Notes under the pieces: generated by a model
Told to the model about the DNA's origin: nothing
The model's database searches: none
The model's input: the letters and a program-made list of their open reading frames with translations, nothing else
Shown: piece by piece, positions 1 through 12,379 of the stretch
Layout: each line of letters opens with the position of its first letter
How positions within the stretch are numbered: the first letter of the stretch is position 1
Made by a program: the position numbers and the translations under genes
Assembly (NCBI GenBank): GCA_043228905.1
Contig: JBHGNT010000001.1
Span: 22,692,001 to 22,756,000 of the forward strand
DNA from: Azolla caroliniana
Lineage: Eukaryota > Plantae > Polypodiophyta
Direction: 5' to 3'
Length of the DNA stretch: 64,000 nt

Positions 1-352
1 TATTTAGTGATTGACAGCTAATTAGCTATAGGCAGCTAATTAGCTGCATATGTAAGTAACTTATTACTTAGGTAAAAAGTAAGAGAGTAGGTAAGTAAGA
101 AATATATAGGAAGTAGAACTCTGAGAGAGAGTGAGGATAGAGAGGAAGAACTCAGAGAGTGAGAGTAGAAGAGAGAAACAGACGAGAGCAAGTAGAGCTT
201 TGCGTGTAATGAAATAGAAGAAGTTTTGGCAGCTATAGAGGTAAGTCTCCTTCCCCCTTCCCTTCTGTCTTTGAGCACCAAACGATCCAGCACACCACGA
301 TCCGCCGCGCACATAAGAAGAGCCCAAGTGCCTTCTTCACGTTTTCTTAACA

Positions 353-364
353 TGGTATCAGAGC
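353..364 (+). promoter_or_regulatory. Primer binding site, tRNA-iMet
   Basis: TGGTATCAGAGC directly after LTR terminal CA. Confidence 0.95.
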
Positions 365-478
365 GAGTTGCTCATAAAGAAGAGTACAAAAGTGCATAGA
401 TCTGAGAAAGGTATTTCTCTGTTTGCTGATCTGAATCAGAAAGTTACTTGTTGAAGTAATCGTAGCAGAAACCCTAGT

Positions 479-3400
479 TTGGAAGAGATAATGGCTGCAA
501 AGAATGCGGGCCAAATAGTTACAGAGAAACTAGATAAAAACAATTTCCCGGCGTGGAAATTTAGAATGACAAATTTCCTAATGGGGAAAGGATACTGGGA
601 TTACATTGAAGGAGACCTAGAAGAGGCTCTGGAGATCCCAGAAGAAAATGCCACACCAGAACAGATTAAAGCATTTAAAGATTGGAATCAAGGGGCAAGG
701 AAGGTAATGCATTGGCTCTCACTTAGCATCTCAGATTCAATGCTTGGGCACATACAGGATGTTATGCTCCCAAAAGAAGCTTGGGACAGTTTGGTAAAAC
801 TGTTTGCAGTAAACACAAAAGCTAGAAAGCTACAGTTGAAGTCTGAGCTAAATACCTTAGAAAAAGGTAAGATGTCAATAAATGAGCATGCTTTGAAAAT
901 AAAGAGCATATGTGAATCACTTGCTTCTATCAATGTAAAGATAGAAGATGATGATAAGGTAGAAATACGCTTGAGAGGCTTAGGACCTCAATACAAAAGC
1001 TTTAAAACCTCTATGCTTACAAGGGATAGTATCCCAAGTTTTCCAGATCTGGTTTCAATGCTTGTAGTAGAAGAAAGGAATCAGATGGATGATGTAAATA
1101 AAGGAAATCTTGAGAATGAGGGGCAAGCCCTATATAATAGTGCTGGAAGAGGCCGAGGAAGAGGCCATGAAAGATTTGGCTCAGCAAGAACCAACAATAA
1201 TGGTTATCAAGGAAGAGGACAACAAACCATTAGAGGAAGAAACAACAACAGAGGCAGGGGGAGCAACCAAGGTAGAGGTAAGCAAACATATGTAAATGAT
1301 GATGGCTGTTAGTATTGTGGAAAACCAGGCCACACACAGGCTGAATGTTACAAGAAGCAAAATGATGAGCAAAGAGGAAAGAGACAGCAGAATAACTATG
1401 CCCAAACTAGTGAAGATTGTGAAAAAGATGGTGCACCTATGCTACAACATGAGATAGCAGCAGTGGCTGAAAGCTCACAGAAATGTAATGAAGAGTTTAC
1501 AAGGTATGTAGACTCGGGGGCATCTAACCATATGACTGGACATGCAAACTGGTTTGAAAGGTTAAGAGAACCAGATATTCCTGGCTGTGTACAACCGGGT
1601 GATAATAGTACTCACCAAATAGAACATGTTGGAGATATCCCATTGTGGGAAGAAAAAGGAAAGTCTAAGTATATGTTGAATGTAATGCATGTTCCAAATC
1701 TTGTTAAGAATCTGATTTCTGTTGGACAGATAGTAGAGCAAGGTATGCAAGTAAAGTTTAAGCAAAGTGGATGCTATATAGAAAAGAATGGGAAGCTCAT
1801 TGCAAAAGGAAAACGACAAGGAAGAATGTTTATTTTGGATGTTGACATGCCTAGACAGATTTCAGCTATGTTTGCAAATGGAATGAGTGTAGTCTCAAAT
1901 GTGGAAATGTGGCATAAAAGGATTGGCCACATAAGTATGCAAACCCTAAAGAATATGTTGAGAAAAGATGCAATGGCTGGATTGCCAAAACTGAAAAATT
2001 GTGAAATGGGAAAGATATGTGAAGCATGTCAATATGGAAAGCAAAATAGGTTTCCATTCCCTCATGAAAGACATGTAAGTAAAAATTTGTTGGATTTGTT
2101 ACATATGGATGTATGGGGACCAACAAAGAATGCATCTATCGGTGGCTGCAGATTCTATGTAACTTTTATTGATGATTGCTCAAGGAAAACATGGGTGTAC
2201 TTCATGAAAGAGAAAAGTGAAGTGTTTGAATGTTTTCGTAAGTTTAAATGCATGGTAGAAAAGCAGGCAGGTACAAGAATAAAATGTTTAAGATCTGATG
2301 GAGGAGTGTATTTCCCCAATGAATTTTCTGATTTTCTATGCAATCAGGGAATAAGAAGACAGTTCACATGTAGATATACTCCACAGCAAAATGGAGTTGC
2401 TGAGAGGAAAAACAGAACATTGGTGAACATTGCAAGGGCTTTGATGACAGAGAAGAATATGCCATTGTACTATTGGGGCAGAAGCTGTAAATACAACAAA
2501 TTATATTCTAAATAGATGTATAACATCGGGAGTACATGAAGCAACTCCTGAAGAGTGTTTCTATGGAAGGAAACCTAGTTTAGAACACTTAAAAGTGTTT
2601 GGATGCCTTGCATATGTACATGTGCCTCCAGAAGTAAGAAGTAAGTTGGATCCAAAAGTAGAAAAATGTATTTTTGTTGGCTATTCAGAAGAACAAAAAG
2701 GGTATAGATGCTATAACCCTGTAACAAAGAAGATTGTGACAAGTAGGGATGTAATCTTTGATGAGTTAGCCAGCTGGTACAGTCCAAAACAGAATCCAAA
2801 GACTGATGAAGACAATGAGATTGAAGATAGAGACAAATCTGAAAATGTAGAAGACTGCCGCAGAGATGGAAGTAAGGTTGGACAACAAAGTCCAACATCA
2901 ACAGAATGTTCCGGACCATCAAAAAGCTTAGATGGTAAATCTGATTCGAATTCTTAGAGTGGAAAAAGTGGAGGACACAAAAAATGTGTTGATAAAAAAG
3001 GAAAACAGAAAATGCCAGAGTATGAAATGTTGGATGACTTGTCTAAAAACATGGAAGATGAGGATTTAGATATGTCATTGGATGATTTTCTTGGTATAAG
3101 AGGATTGAAAATCCCTGGTATGGAAAAAGCATTGAAGGATGCAAATCAGAAACTGAGAAGATCAGATAGAGAGAAAAAAACAGTTGAAAGATTTGGTTAT
3201 GATACATATATGGCTATGCATTATGCATATATGTCTAAGGTGGTACAGATCCCTGATCCAAGTAGTTTTGATGAGGCTAAAACTGAGAAGAAATGGGTGG
3301 ATGCAATGCAAGAAGAGATTGATGCATTGGCTGAAAACAGAACATGGGATTTGGTGAAGTTACCAAAAGGAAAAAATGTGGTAGGTTGCAAATAGTTCTA

Positions 3401-4838
3401 CAAGACAAAGCATGATTCCAGTGGGAATGTAAGTAGACATAAAGCAAGATTGGTTGCAAAGGGATATGCCCAAATGCAAGGAATTGATTATGATGAGACA
3501 TTTGCACCGGTTGCAAAGATGGCAACATTGAGGACATTATTGGCTGTAGGTGCAGCCAGAAGATGGTTTCTTCATCATATGGATGTAAAAAATGCCTTTT
3601 TACATGGTAACTTGGAAGAAGAAGTGTATATGTGTCAACCACCAGGTTTTGAAGATAGGAAGCATCCAGATTATGTATGTAAGCTGAAAAAGGCTCTCTA
3701 TGGACTGAAACAGGCACCAAGAGCATGGCACAGAGAACTTTCAGATTATCTGAAAAAATTTGACTTCAAAATGTCAAAGGCTGATTCATCATTGTATGTT
3801 AAAAGGAAAGATGATTGTATTGTTGTGATTCTGATTTATGTTGATGATCTCATCATTGGAGGTGATTCCATGGATGAAATAAGTAACGTGAAAAGAAATA
3901 TGGAAATGTAGTTTCATATGAAAGATTTGGGAGATCTGAGATATTTTTTGGGTATTGAAATCATCAGATCTAAAAGTGGTATATATGTGTTGCAAAGACA
4001 ATATGCAACAACTATGTTGAAAAAGTATGGTATGCTTGGATGCAAACCTATTGGAGTACCACTAGATAAAAACTACAAATTGAGGGTTGATTTGGGAGCC
4101 AAAATAGAAGATGTAAACATGTACAGGTCTATGGTGCGTAGCCTTATTTATTTGACCATAACAAGGCCTAATTTGAGTTATGTAGTTGGATTAGTTAGCC
4201 AATTTATGCAACAGCCAACAAAGCCGCATTTAGACTGCATTAGAAGAATTCTGAGGTATGTAAAAGCTACTCAGAACTATGGATTGTTTTACAGGGCTGA
4301 TTTGGACATAAATCTGGAAGGATATATAGATGTTGATTGGGTTGGAAGCCAAATAGATAGAAGATCCACAAGTGGATATATGTTTACATTGGGAAGTGCA
4401 GGTATTTCATGGAGTAGCAAGAAACAAGCTACTGTTGCATTGTCTAGTACTGAAGTTGAGTACAGAGGAGATGCCATAGCCACTTGTGAAGAGGTATGGA
4501 TCAGAAGATTGCTTGCTGATTTGGGAGAGTATATAGATGGTACTGTCACAATCTGGTGTGACAATATGAGCAGCATTCAGCTTGCAAAAAACCCAGTGTT
4601 CCATGCAAGAACAAAGCACATTGAAGTGCATTATCACTTTGTTAGAGAAAAATTGATTGAAGGAGAAGTTGATCTGGTGTATGTGAATACAAATCAGCAG
4701 TTTGCTGATATTCTCACAAAGGGATTGAGTGTGGAAAAGCTTACACAGTTTCGGAACATGATGGGAGTTGTAGACACTGATATGATGGCTGAAAAGCATC
4801 ATGGAAAAGAAGTTGTAGATAGCCCCAAGAAAGGATAA
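479..4838 (+). pseudogene. copia gag-pol with stops and frameshifts
   Basis: UBN2-type gag, CCHC knuckle, DSGAS protease, WHKRIGH/GAG-pre, LRSDGG and QQNGVAERKN integrase, YVDD RT, CDNMSSI RNase H. Confidence 0.95.
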
Positions 4839-4856
4839 GTTGAGCTTGAGGGGGAG

Positions 4857-5322
4857 TGTTGAGAAGCAAGCTCAACATGGTATGTGATGCTTATTGGGAA
4901 ATAAGCTATAGTACCTATTTAGCTACTTGTGAACATAAAGGAGAAACTGTTAATTAGCTACTGACAGCTATTTAGCGACTGACAGCTAATTAGCTACAGG
5001 CAGCTAATTAGGTGCATATGTAAGTAACTTATTACTTAGGTAAAAAGTAAGAGAGTAGGTAAGTAAGAAATATAAAGGAAGTAGAACTCTGAGAGAGAGA
5101 ATGAGGATAGAGAGGAAGAACTCAGAGAGTGAGAGTAGAAGAGAGAAATAGACGAGAGCAAGTAGAGCTCTACGTGTAATGAAATAGAAGAAGTTTTGGC
5201 TACTACAGAGGTAAGTCTCCTTCCCCCTTCTCTTCTGTGTTTGAGCACCAAACGATCCAGCACACCACGATCCGCCGCGCACATAAGAAGAGCCCAAGTT
5301 CCTTCTTCACGTTTTCTTAACA
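4857..5322 (+). repeat. 3' LTR of copia-1
   Basis: Matches 1-352; TG..CA termini; follows PPT. Confidence 0.95.
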
Positions 5323-5930
5323 GTGGATACTTCGGTACCTGAGAGCCACCTCGAATGTGTATCTTCGATTCCGCTCGGGTAACCCCACATTAGAAGGTTA
5401 CACGGATTCAGACATGTTGGCTGATGTGGATACCAGTCGATCCACGTCCGGGTACGTGATGACTTATGCAAGGGGAGTCGTTTCGTGCCAATCGAGGCTA
5501 GAGAAGGTCGTGCAACTGTCTTCCACAAAAGCCGAGTACATGGCCGCAACCCAAGTCGGCAAGGAAGTAATATAAATGAAGGAGTTTATCAGTGAGTTGA
5601 AATTCGGCAAGAAGAATTCTGACTTTATTCAGATAATCAGAGCGTTGTCCACCTTGCAAAGAATGCCACCTACCACTCGAGGACCAAACACATCTAGAGG
5701 AGATATCATTGGCTTCAAGAGCGAGTAGAAGAAAAGGAGTTTGCTCTAATGAAGATCCACATGGCCGAGAACAGATCGGATATGTTGACGAAGGTGTTGT
5801 CAGCAGAGAAGCTAAATGTGTGCCGATAGAGGGTCGGATTGATGAAGTACCCCATGCCGGAGTCAAGGGGGAGTTTGTTGGGAAAACTAGGTCCCTCCGG
5901 ATGGGATTAACCGAATCGAAGAACACGCTC
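5323..5930 (+). mobile_element. 3' remnant of an older copia (RNase H, PPT, first ~55 bp of LTR), host of copia-1
   Basis: WILRYL..LEGYTDSD..RSTSGY..DNQS..HSRTKHI; PPT aagggggag; LTR start tgttgggaaa at 5876. Confidence 0.9.
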
Positions 5931-7066
5931 TGATACCACTTTGGTAAGATCGTGACCGGACACAACCGGTTGTGCTCTCGAATATGTGTTCAGATGCAAA
6001 GAACAAGAGAGCTAGTGCACAGACAGAAAACGAGAATGCAAAAAACGAGATACAGAGACATAGTGTTTAACGTGGAAAACCCAAATCGGGAAAAACCACA
6101 TGGAGTCCGCGACCTCTGAACTAGATCACTGTTATAAGGAGGAGTACAATAAGATACTCGGAGGCAACGACCTCGTGATCTTCTTCGTCTGACATAAGGC
6201 TACCAAGTTACTGTTGGGAGAACCAAGTCCCTCCGAATGGTATGAGTCAAATCGAAGAACAAGCTCGACCGAGGCTGAAAATCAATTTCCTGAAACCAAA
6301 ATCAAGAATCGTTTATACCACCGATTCGGAAGACTATATTTGTAAATAGTCTAAATGTGCCCTTATGGGCTATACTTGTAAATAACCAGAATGTTGTTTT
6401 AGTATATAAACAACAAGGGAAACTTTAGATTTGAGTAGAATCAATGTGGTTTATTACTATTAGATAATTAGAACGAGGGAATTATCTCTGTAACTGTGAA
6501 TGAGTGAGAGAGAGAGTGCAAGAATAGTAACTCAATAGTTGTGGGTCGGACGAAGAAGATCTTGGCATCGTTGCCTCCAAGTATCTTATTGTACTCCTCC
6601 TTATCATATTGATCTAGTTCAGAGTTTGAGGACTCCACGTGGTTTTTCTCGATTTGGGTTTTCCACGTTAAACACTGTGGTTCTGTTTTTCCTTTTCTCT
6701 GCCCCTCGTTTCTGTATGTGCATTACCTTGCTCATGTTTCTTTGCACCCAAACAAAAACGTCTAACCGGTTGTGGCCAACGATTCTCAATAGTTACTACT
6801 CTCTCACTTTCTCTCCCTCACAGTTACAAACGCAACTAACTGCCTTCAGTGTAACTTTACAACAATAATGATCAACAACATTATAAAGCTTTTGCCCTAC
6901 TTGTATTTATACATATACAACTTTCTGACTATTTACATACATAGCCCACAAGGGGCACAATAGACTATTTACGTATATGGTCTCCCGATTTCGGTTTCGA
7001 TTTTCGATCTCTTCCCACCCGACTCGGTTCGTTCTCTTCCCATTCGGAGGGACCTGTTTCCCAACA
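5927..7066 (-). mobile_element. Inverted copia LTR plus iMet PBS, interrupted by a solo LTR
   Basis: gctctgatacca 5927-5938 is the reverse-complement PBS; minus-strand LTR start tgttgggaaacaggtccctcc at 7066; 5941-6211 is the reverse complement of the 3' part of the 6212 LTR. Confidence 0.85.
6212..6791 (+). mobile_element. copia solo LTR
   Basis: TGTTGGG..CAATA ends; 5-bp TSD GTTAC at 6207-6211 and 6792-6796. Confidence 0.92.
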
Positions 7067-7123
7067 ACTCATGCACGCCTCATTAGATGTTCTTGGATTG
7101 TGATCCTCATGTAATGTACTTAT

Positions 7124-7324
7124 CATAGTACGTAAAATTCGTGTTCATTTAGCATAACATTCATTTTCCTACGTTGGAAAACAAATGCGAATGTTATTCA
7201 AACATTCTTGTGTTTTTTTTTTCCCTTTTTTTTGCCTTATTTACCTCATAATAAATAGTTATGGTATTTATCATTCTTTGAGGGTGTTTTTCTTGCACCT
7301 ATGGTATGTATGGGTCATACTATG
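7124..7324. mobile_element. hAT-type MITE (short copy)
   Basis: TIR CATAGTA..TACTATG; 8-bp TSD GTAC(T/C)TAT; empty site visible at ~50598-50606; longer copy at 31571. Confidence 0.88.
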
Positions 7325-7422
7325 GTACCTATATAACCCCACCATAGAGGACATGAATATATTGGAAGTTCTCCCTCTCAATAAGTCTCTCTCTCTCCCC
7401 ACGAGAGCCATTCCCGTCTAAA

Positions 7423-8110
7423 ATGTTGTACTATAAGGAACACTTCTTGCACTTCTCTCAGTTAGGTTTTATTACACGACCAAGATATCTAGATACATTC
7501 TTATCAAATGCACTAAGGGTTGCCATTGGACAACTTAGGATATCATCTCACCAACTTGAGGTTGAGAATGGCCGGGCTAATAGAGTCCCTAGGGAGGAAA
7601 GGCTATGTAGGTTGTGCCACATTGAGATAGAGGATGAGTATCACTTCACATGCAAGTGCCCAACTTATGCCGAGATACGAGTGGAATACCATGACATATT
7701 AGGACCCTCTCCCACCCTCTCCAAACTAGTAGATACACCGGATGTAAAGAGACTAGGTGGGTGAAAGCATGGGAATGGGAACAATTAGCTATGTCCTTGA
7801 CATAGCTAATTAGCTATCTAAAAAGCTACATGTAATCTGTATATTTTGGCAAATTTAGGGATGATTAGAATTTGATCTCAGAAAAAAGACTAGCTAAACG
7901 ATGGACCATAAATGGTAATATTTCTATCTCCATAATAAATTATACGTATCTTTAAGATCTTCCTACTAAAAATTAGCTTTTAGAAAAACTATTTAGTTGC
8001 GGTCATTTTAGTAGCTAAATAGCTATAATAGTGTTTCCATTCGCATGCTTTCACCTAGGTAGGTATATCTTAAAGCTAAAACAACATAGGGAGAATAAAT
8101 TACAAAGTGT
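7423..8110 (+). pseudogene. 3' fragment of a non-LTR retrotransposon ORF (RTEX-like C-terminal Cys/His region)
   Basis: LRISSHQLEVENGR..RLCRLC..EDEYHF..C; frame resumes (LGRYILKLKQHRE) after removing the MITE at 7759-8056. Confidence 0.8.
7759..8056. mobile_element. MITE with GGG-type ends and 4-bp TSD (possibly Sola2-dependent)
   Basis: TIR gggtgaaagcatg..catgctttcacct; AGGT on both sides; interrupts the LINE reading frame. Confidence 0.8.
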
Positions 8111-8783
8111 TAACCATAACCCTTTTACTATTCATCCACTTGTAACTTGTGTAATTTTTCAAGAACAAGGGGAGACGATGAATGTGGATACACTTACGCT
8201 GCTCGACCTCTCTCTTGAGGAAGCCGAAACGCAAAGAACAACCAAACACCCTCGGATGTTGGGCTTCAAAACAAGTTGACATAGAGTCAAAAGGATTAAG
8301 AAGATAAGGGAACGTGAACTACGTTGACTAGAAGCTATGGTTGGGGTACCTTTTACATTGGGGCCACGGGCCACATCCACATCGAAACCCTTTGACCTCT
8401 CGTTTCTCTTCGAGAGACTTGGATGGAAATGAAATTAGGCCTAGTATAACATTATTTTCATTGTAGAACATGTTTGTTAATTTATTTTACTAGAACCACA
8501 GATTGACATATTCACATTTGTGGGGCCTCCTCCACAAATACCAACGAATACGCATAAGAACACATGTTCAAGTATTCATTAACTTTCTTTTCCCCATTTT
8601 TTCCCTATTTAGTTTTTTGAAAAAATGTATTCGACGAATACCGAATAGGGAAGAGCTCTGCAAGGAATAGTTGAAATAGGGAACAACATCAAACATCGGC
8701 TCCTTGAATTTTAGGGTTTGCCTACGTCCTTTCCTCCTCCTATGTAAGACATACGTGAGACCACTTTCTACATATTGCTTCCT

Positions 8784-9440
8784 AAAAATTAAGGTTTGGG
8801 CAAAACTTGGTAAGTCTCTCTTCTCATCTTAGTTGTCCAATAATCCATGATTTATTCATGCAATCATCGTAGGATTATTCAATCATAATTAGATTTTAAG
8901 TAGAGGTAGGATTAATGAACATTTTGGATCAAAACGTCTCTAAAAATTAGGGTTTTGCCAAAACTCGTTATGTCTCTCTTCTCATCTCAATGTTGTCCAA
9001 TCTTCCACGATTTATTCATGCTAGCATTGTAGGATCATCCAATCATAATTAGATTTTAATCAGAGGTAAGATTAATGAAGATTTTGGATCAAAAAGTCTC
9101 TTAAAATTATTCCCTCAAAATTACAGTTTTGCCAAAGCTTGTTAAGTCTCTCTTCTCATCTCAATGTTGTCCAATCTTCCATGATTTATTCATGTTAGCA
9201 TTGTAGGATTATCCAATCATAATTAGATTTTAATTAGAGGTAGGACTAATGAAGATTTTGGATAAGAAAGTCTCTTAAAATTATTCCCTGAAAATTAGGG
9301 TTTTGCCAAAGCTCATTAAGTCTCTCTTCTCATCTCAATGTTGTCCAATCTTCCATGATTTATTCATGCTATCATTGTAGGATTATCCAATCATAATAGA
9401 TTTTAATTAGAGGTAGGATTAATGAAGATTTTAGATAAGA
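8784..9440. repeat. ~4 tandem copies of a 160-175 bp unit upstream of the hAT ORF
   Basis: aaaattagggttttgccaaa-like unit starts at ~8784, 8942, 9117, 9291. Confidence 0.9.
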
Positions 9441-9508
9441 AAGGTTTTAATTCATTTTTAGGTATCAAATTAATCTCTTTTAGGATCAGCTGAAGATTAA
9501 TTTACTAA

Positions 9509-10157
9509 ATGGTAAAGCAAAAGAGCTTCGAATGGAATCATGTGACTGTTTTGAGAACACATGATAAGGGTATGCATGTTGTTCAATGCAAACATTGTCA
9601 CCATGTATTTGTTGGTAGCCCCTTTCGAATTAGAGCTCACTTGTTGGGCTTGAAAGTTTTAGGTGTTGACAAATGCCATCAAATTGATGATGTTATAAAA
9701 GCTGAAGTTCAAAAAATGGTATCTGGTTGTGCAAATGTTGACATGAATGATGAGTCATCAATGGAATGCAATGCTGAAAATTGTAGCACAAATGTTGATG
9801 TGAATGTGGAATCAACATCTATCAATGAAATGCCTTCATCATCTTTTGGTAATGCATCAACATGTAAAAAGATGAAAGTAGACAATGTTGAACCTTTGAA
9901 AGTGTTATGGCAAAAGCAACTTGATAAAAATGTTGATGAAGCAATCATGAGGTTTTTTTTTGTAGAGGATATACCGGATGTAATAGTGGGAAGTACATAT
10001 TTTCGTGAACTAATAAAAGTTGTGGCACTTGTTGGGCCTTCTTATAAGCCACCATCTCCTAATCAATTGCGTCAAAAGGCACTTGAATGAAGAGGTGAAA
10101 TATGTTAAAAATGAGATTATGCAAATTAGAGAAAAATGGAAAACTATTGAATGCACT
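9509..10157 (+). pseudogene. hAT transposase piece 1 (BED zinc finger)
   Basis: WNHV..QCKHC..RIRAHLLG; YKPPS; ends at ..KWKTIECT at the gypsy insertion. Confidence 0.9.
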
Positions 10158-10162
10158 TGTCA

Positions 10163-10232
10163 TGATATGGCAAGACTCGAACCCATGACCTTATACTAAA
10201 TGGGTCAAGCTCTTGACCATTAGACTATACAT
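10163..10232 (-). promoter_or_regulatory. tRNA-like Pol III A/B-box module in gypsy A LTR (antisense)
   Basis: A box TAGTCTAATGG (10227-10217), B box GGTTCGAGTC (10183-10174), 44 nt start-to-start; second copy at 13691-13760 on the plus strand. Confidence 0.7.
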
Positions 10233-10286
10233 TGTAATACATAAAATATTATTTTCATTTATGTTTTATTATAGAAAATTGATGTA

Positions 10287-11215
10287 ATACATATACAATT
10301 GGGCATTTTGGTAGTACTAAAACACTACATTTAGTACAACGATCATTCTGGTGGCCCTGTATGCAACAATTTGTCGAGGATTTTGTTTGGACTTGTGATA
10401 CATGCTGCAGAGCGAAAATGCCAAGGCATCATCCATATGGTTTATTAGAACCATTACCAATTCCAAGCAAGCCGTGGCAATCCATTGCTCTAGACTTCAT
10501 CACAAATCTTCCAGTCTCTAAGGGGTTCAATGCGATTCTAACGGTGGTTGATCGATATACGAAGATGGCTCATTTCTTGCCATGTACTAAGGAGATCTCC
10601 AGTGAAGACACTGCCGAAATTGTCATGCGTGAAGTATGTCAGCATCATGGACTTCCCGATAGTATCATCAGCGACCGTGGACCCCAGTTCGTGTCAAAAT
10701 TCTGGAAGCACCTTTTTAACATGCTCAAGGTCACTTGAAACCTCTCCTCCGGCTACCACCCACAAACCGACGGCTAGGCCGAACGAACCAATCAAACACT
10801 GGAGCAGTATCTGCGGTGCTTTCTCAGCTATCATCAGGATGACTGGGCAGATATTCTCCACTTCGCTGAATTTGCCTATAACAACTCTATCCACGCATCC
10901 ACGAAAGTTACGCCATTTTATGCTTATACGGGATGTCACCCCCGGTGGTGTGTACTTGAAACCCCAGAGGTGTCCACAAATCCTTGCACAGAGGATCGTT
11001 TGGAGAGGTTACGCAAGATACAAGTGGATTTATCTACTCATCTCCAACAAGCTCAACAAACACACAAGGTTTATGCGGATCGTCATCGACTCCCATCTAG
11101 TTTTAACATTGGAGATCGGGTATGGCTACTCCGACGACACATCAAGACTACTCGCCCATGTGAGAAGTTGGATTATCGGCGATTAGGTCCTTTCCGTATT
11201 ATCGGAAAGATTAAT
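10287..11215 (+). pseudogene. Gypsy integrase fragment
   Basis: GHFG..CDTC zinc-binding motif, PWQSIALDFIT, SDRGPQF, YHPQTDG, KLDYRRLGPF. Confidence 0.93.
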
Positions 11216-11540
11216 GATTTCTCAGGAACATTCTAGAAACTTCAGGACTATTCCTTAGAACACTATAAAAGGAGGCACAAGGCATTATTCCGAACCAAAT
11301 CGGTTCAACGCCAGTCTTAAGCCTCCTAGCTACTGTACATTTTCTTCACATAATATATATCTTTTCTTATCATCACTCTCTCTCTCTCTCTCTCTCTCGA
11401 TCTCTCTCTCCCTCCCTCTCGATCTCTCTCTCCCTCCCTCTCCCTCCCTCTTTTTCTTTTCTCGAGAGTTCTTCACCTCTCTTAGTACTAATACTTCTTT
11501 TAGTACTAATTCCTTCTCTGTCTTAGTACTGTTCCTGACA

Positions 11541-11707
11541 ACAATTAGACTATTCACAAATATAGTCTCCCGAGTTGGCTATATACACAATTTCGGTTTC
11601 GGCCTCAACCGAGTTCCTCATCAACTCGGCTCTTGTTTTCCGACTCTTGACTGTCAGCTTTCCTAACAGTCGGATCATCCTCCCACTGGAGGGACATATG
11701 ACTAACA
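11541..11707 (-). mobile_element. 5' half of a copia solo LTR (inverted)
   Basis: Minus strand starts tgttagtcatatgtccctcc; flank AGAAG matches 14173-14177. Confidence 0.85.
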
Positions 11708-12379
11708 CTTCTTTATCCGCCAATCTAAGAACTTTTAGGATTGGCTTGCATATCTTTACTATCTTCTTTATATTTGCCCAAAAAGAAGCATCAAGTATAA
11801 TTGAAACTATTTCTTCTCCTAGTTATGTTTTTTATCCTTTCCACTGACACCATTGTTCACTAACAACCATTCTTCTTAATCCACCTTTGACTCTGTCATC
11901 CAATAAGTTTGACAACATGATAAAACTATAGGCAAATCGAGTAGTGGAAGGCTTTAACAATTCATTCTCACTAAACTTACATAACATTGCCAAAGAATAT
12001 TATTTTCGTGTAATAAACACGATTACCTTTGTAGCTAATTTCAAAACATCATGAACCCAAGCACATTTTCCAATATCTTCAAACAACAAATCGATGCAAT
12101 GACATGTGCATCTGGTAAAAAAGATAATGGGCCACTCTTTCTCTATCATCCTCCTAGCTACTACACAATTAGTTGCATTGTCCATACAAACTTGCACAAC
12201 ATTTGATGGGCCAATATCAAGAATAACATCCTTTAAAATCTTAAAGATATACTCTCCCGATTTATATTCTCCACTAGTGTCAACTGATTTCAGAAACACA
12301 CTGCCATATGCAGACGCAGCCATGACATTAACTATAGGTCTATTCTTGGTATCTGACCAACCATCGCTCACAATAGTGC
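11708..12379 (-). pseudogene. hAT transposase piece 2 (DUF659/catalytic region), inverted
   Basis: TIVSDGWSD..NRPIVN..VFLKSVD..VVQVCMDNA..CHCIDLLFEDIGK..STTRFA. Confidence 0.92.

Larger units (their letters stand above)
1..5322 (+). mobile_element. Ty1/copia LTR retrotransposon (copia-1, possibly Bryco-like), degenerate; 5' LTR cut by window edge
   Basis: LTR 1-352 and LTR 4857-5322 (TGTT..AACA) are near-identical; PBS 353-364; PPT agcttgagggggag 4843-4856; gag-PR-INT-RT-RH order. Confidence 0.97.
10158..11540 (+). mobile_element. Gypsy chromovirus (Tcn1-like, family A) LTR containing an inserted integrase fragment
   Basis: TGTCA..TGACA; both parts match the inverted LTR at 13333-13764; left TSD GCACT 10153-10157. 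Confidence 0.9.

Noticed and set aside
688-4802. Numerous antisense and alternate-frame ORFs over retroelement pol genes, here and elsewhere
   Set aside because: Shadow frames of coding sequence with no independent motifs
8430-8700. Left TIR of the host hAT
   Set aside because: cgaata-type subterminal motifs are present and a candidate right end lies near 42885, but I found no matching left TIR or TSD
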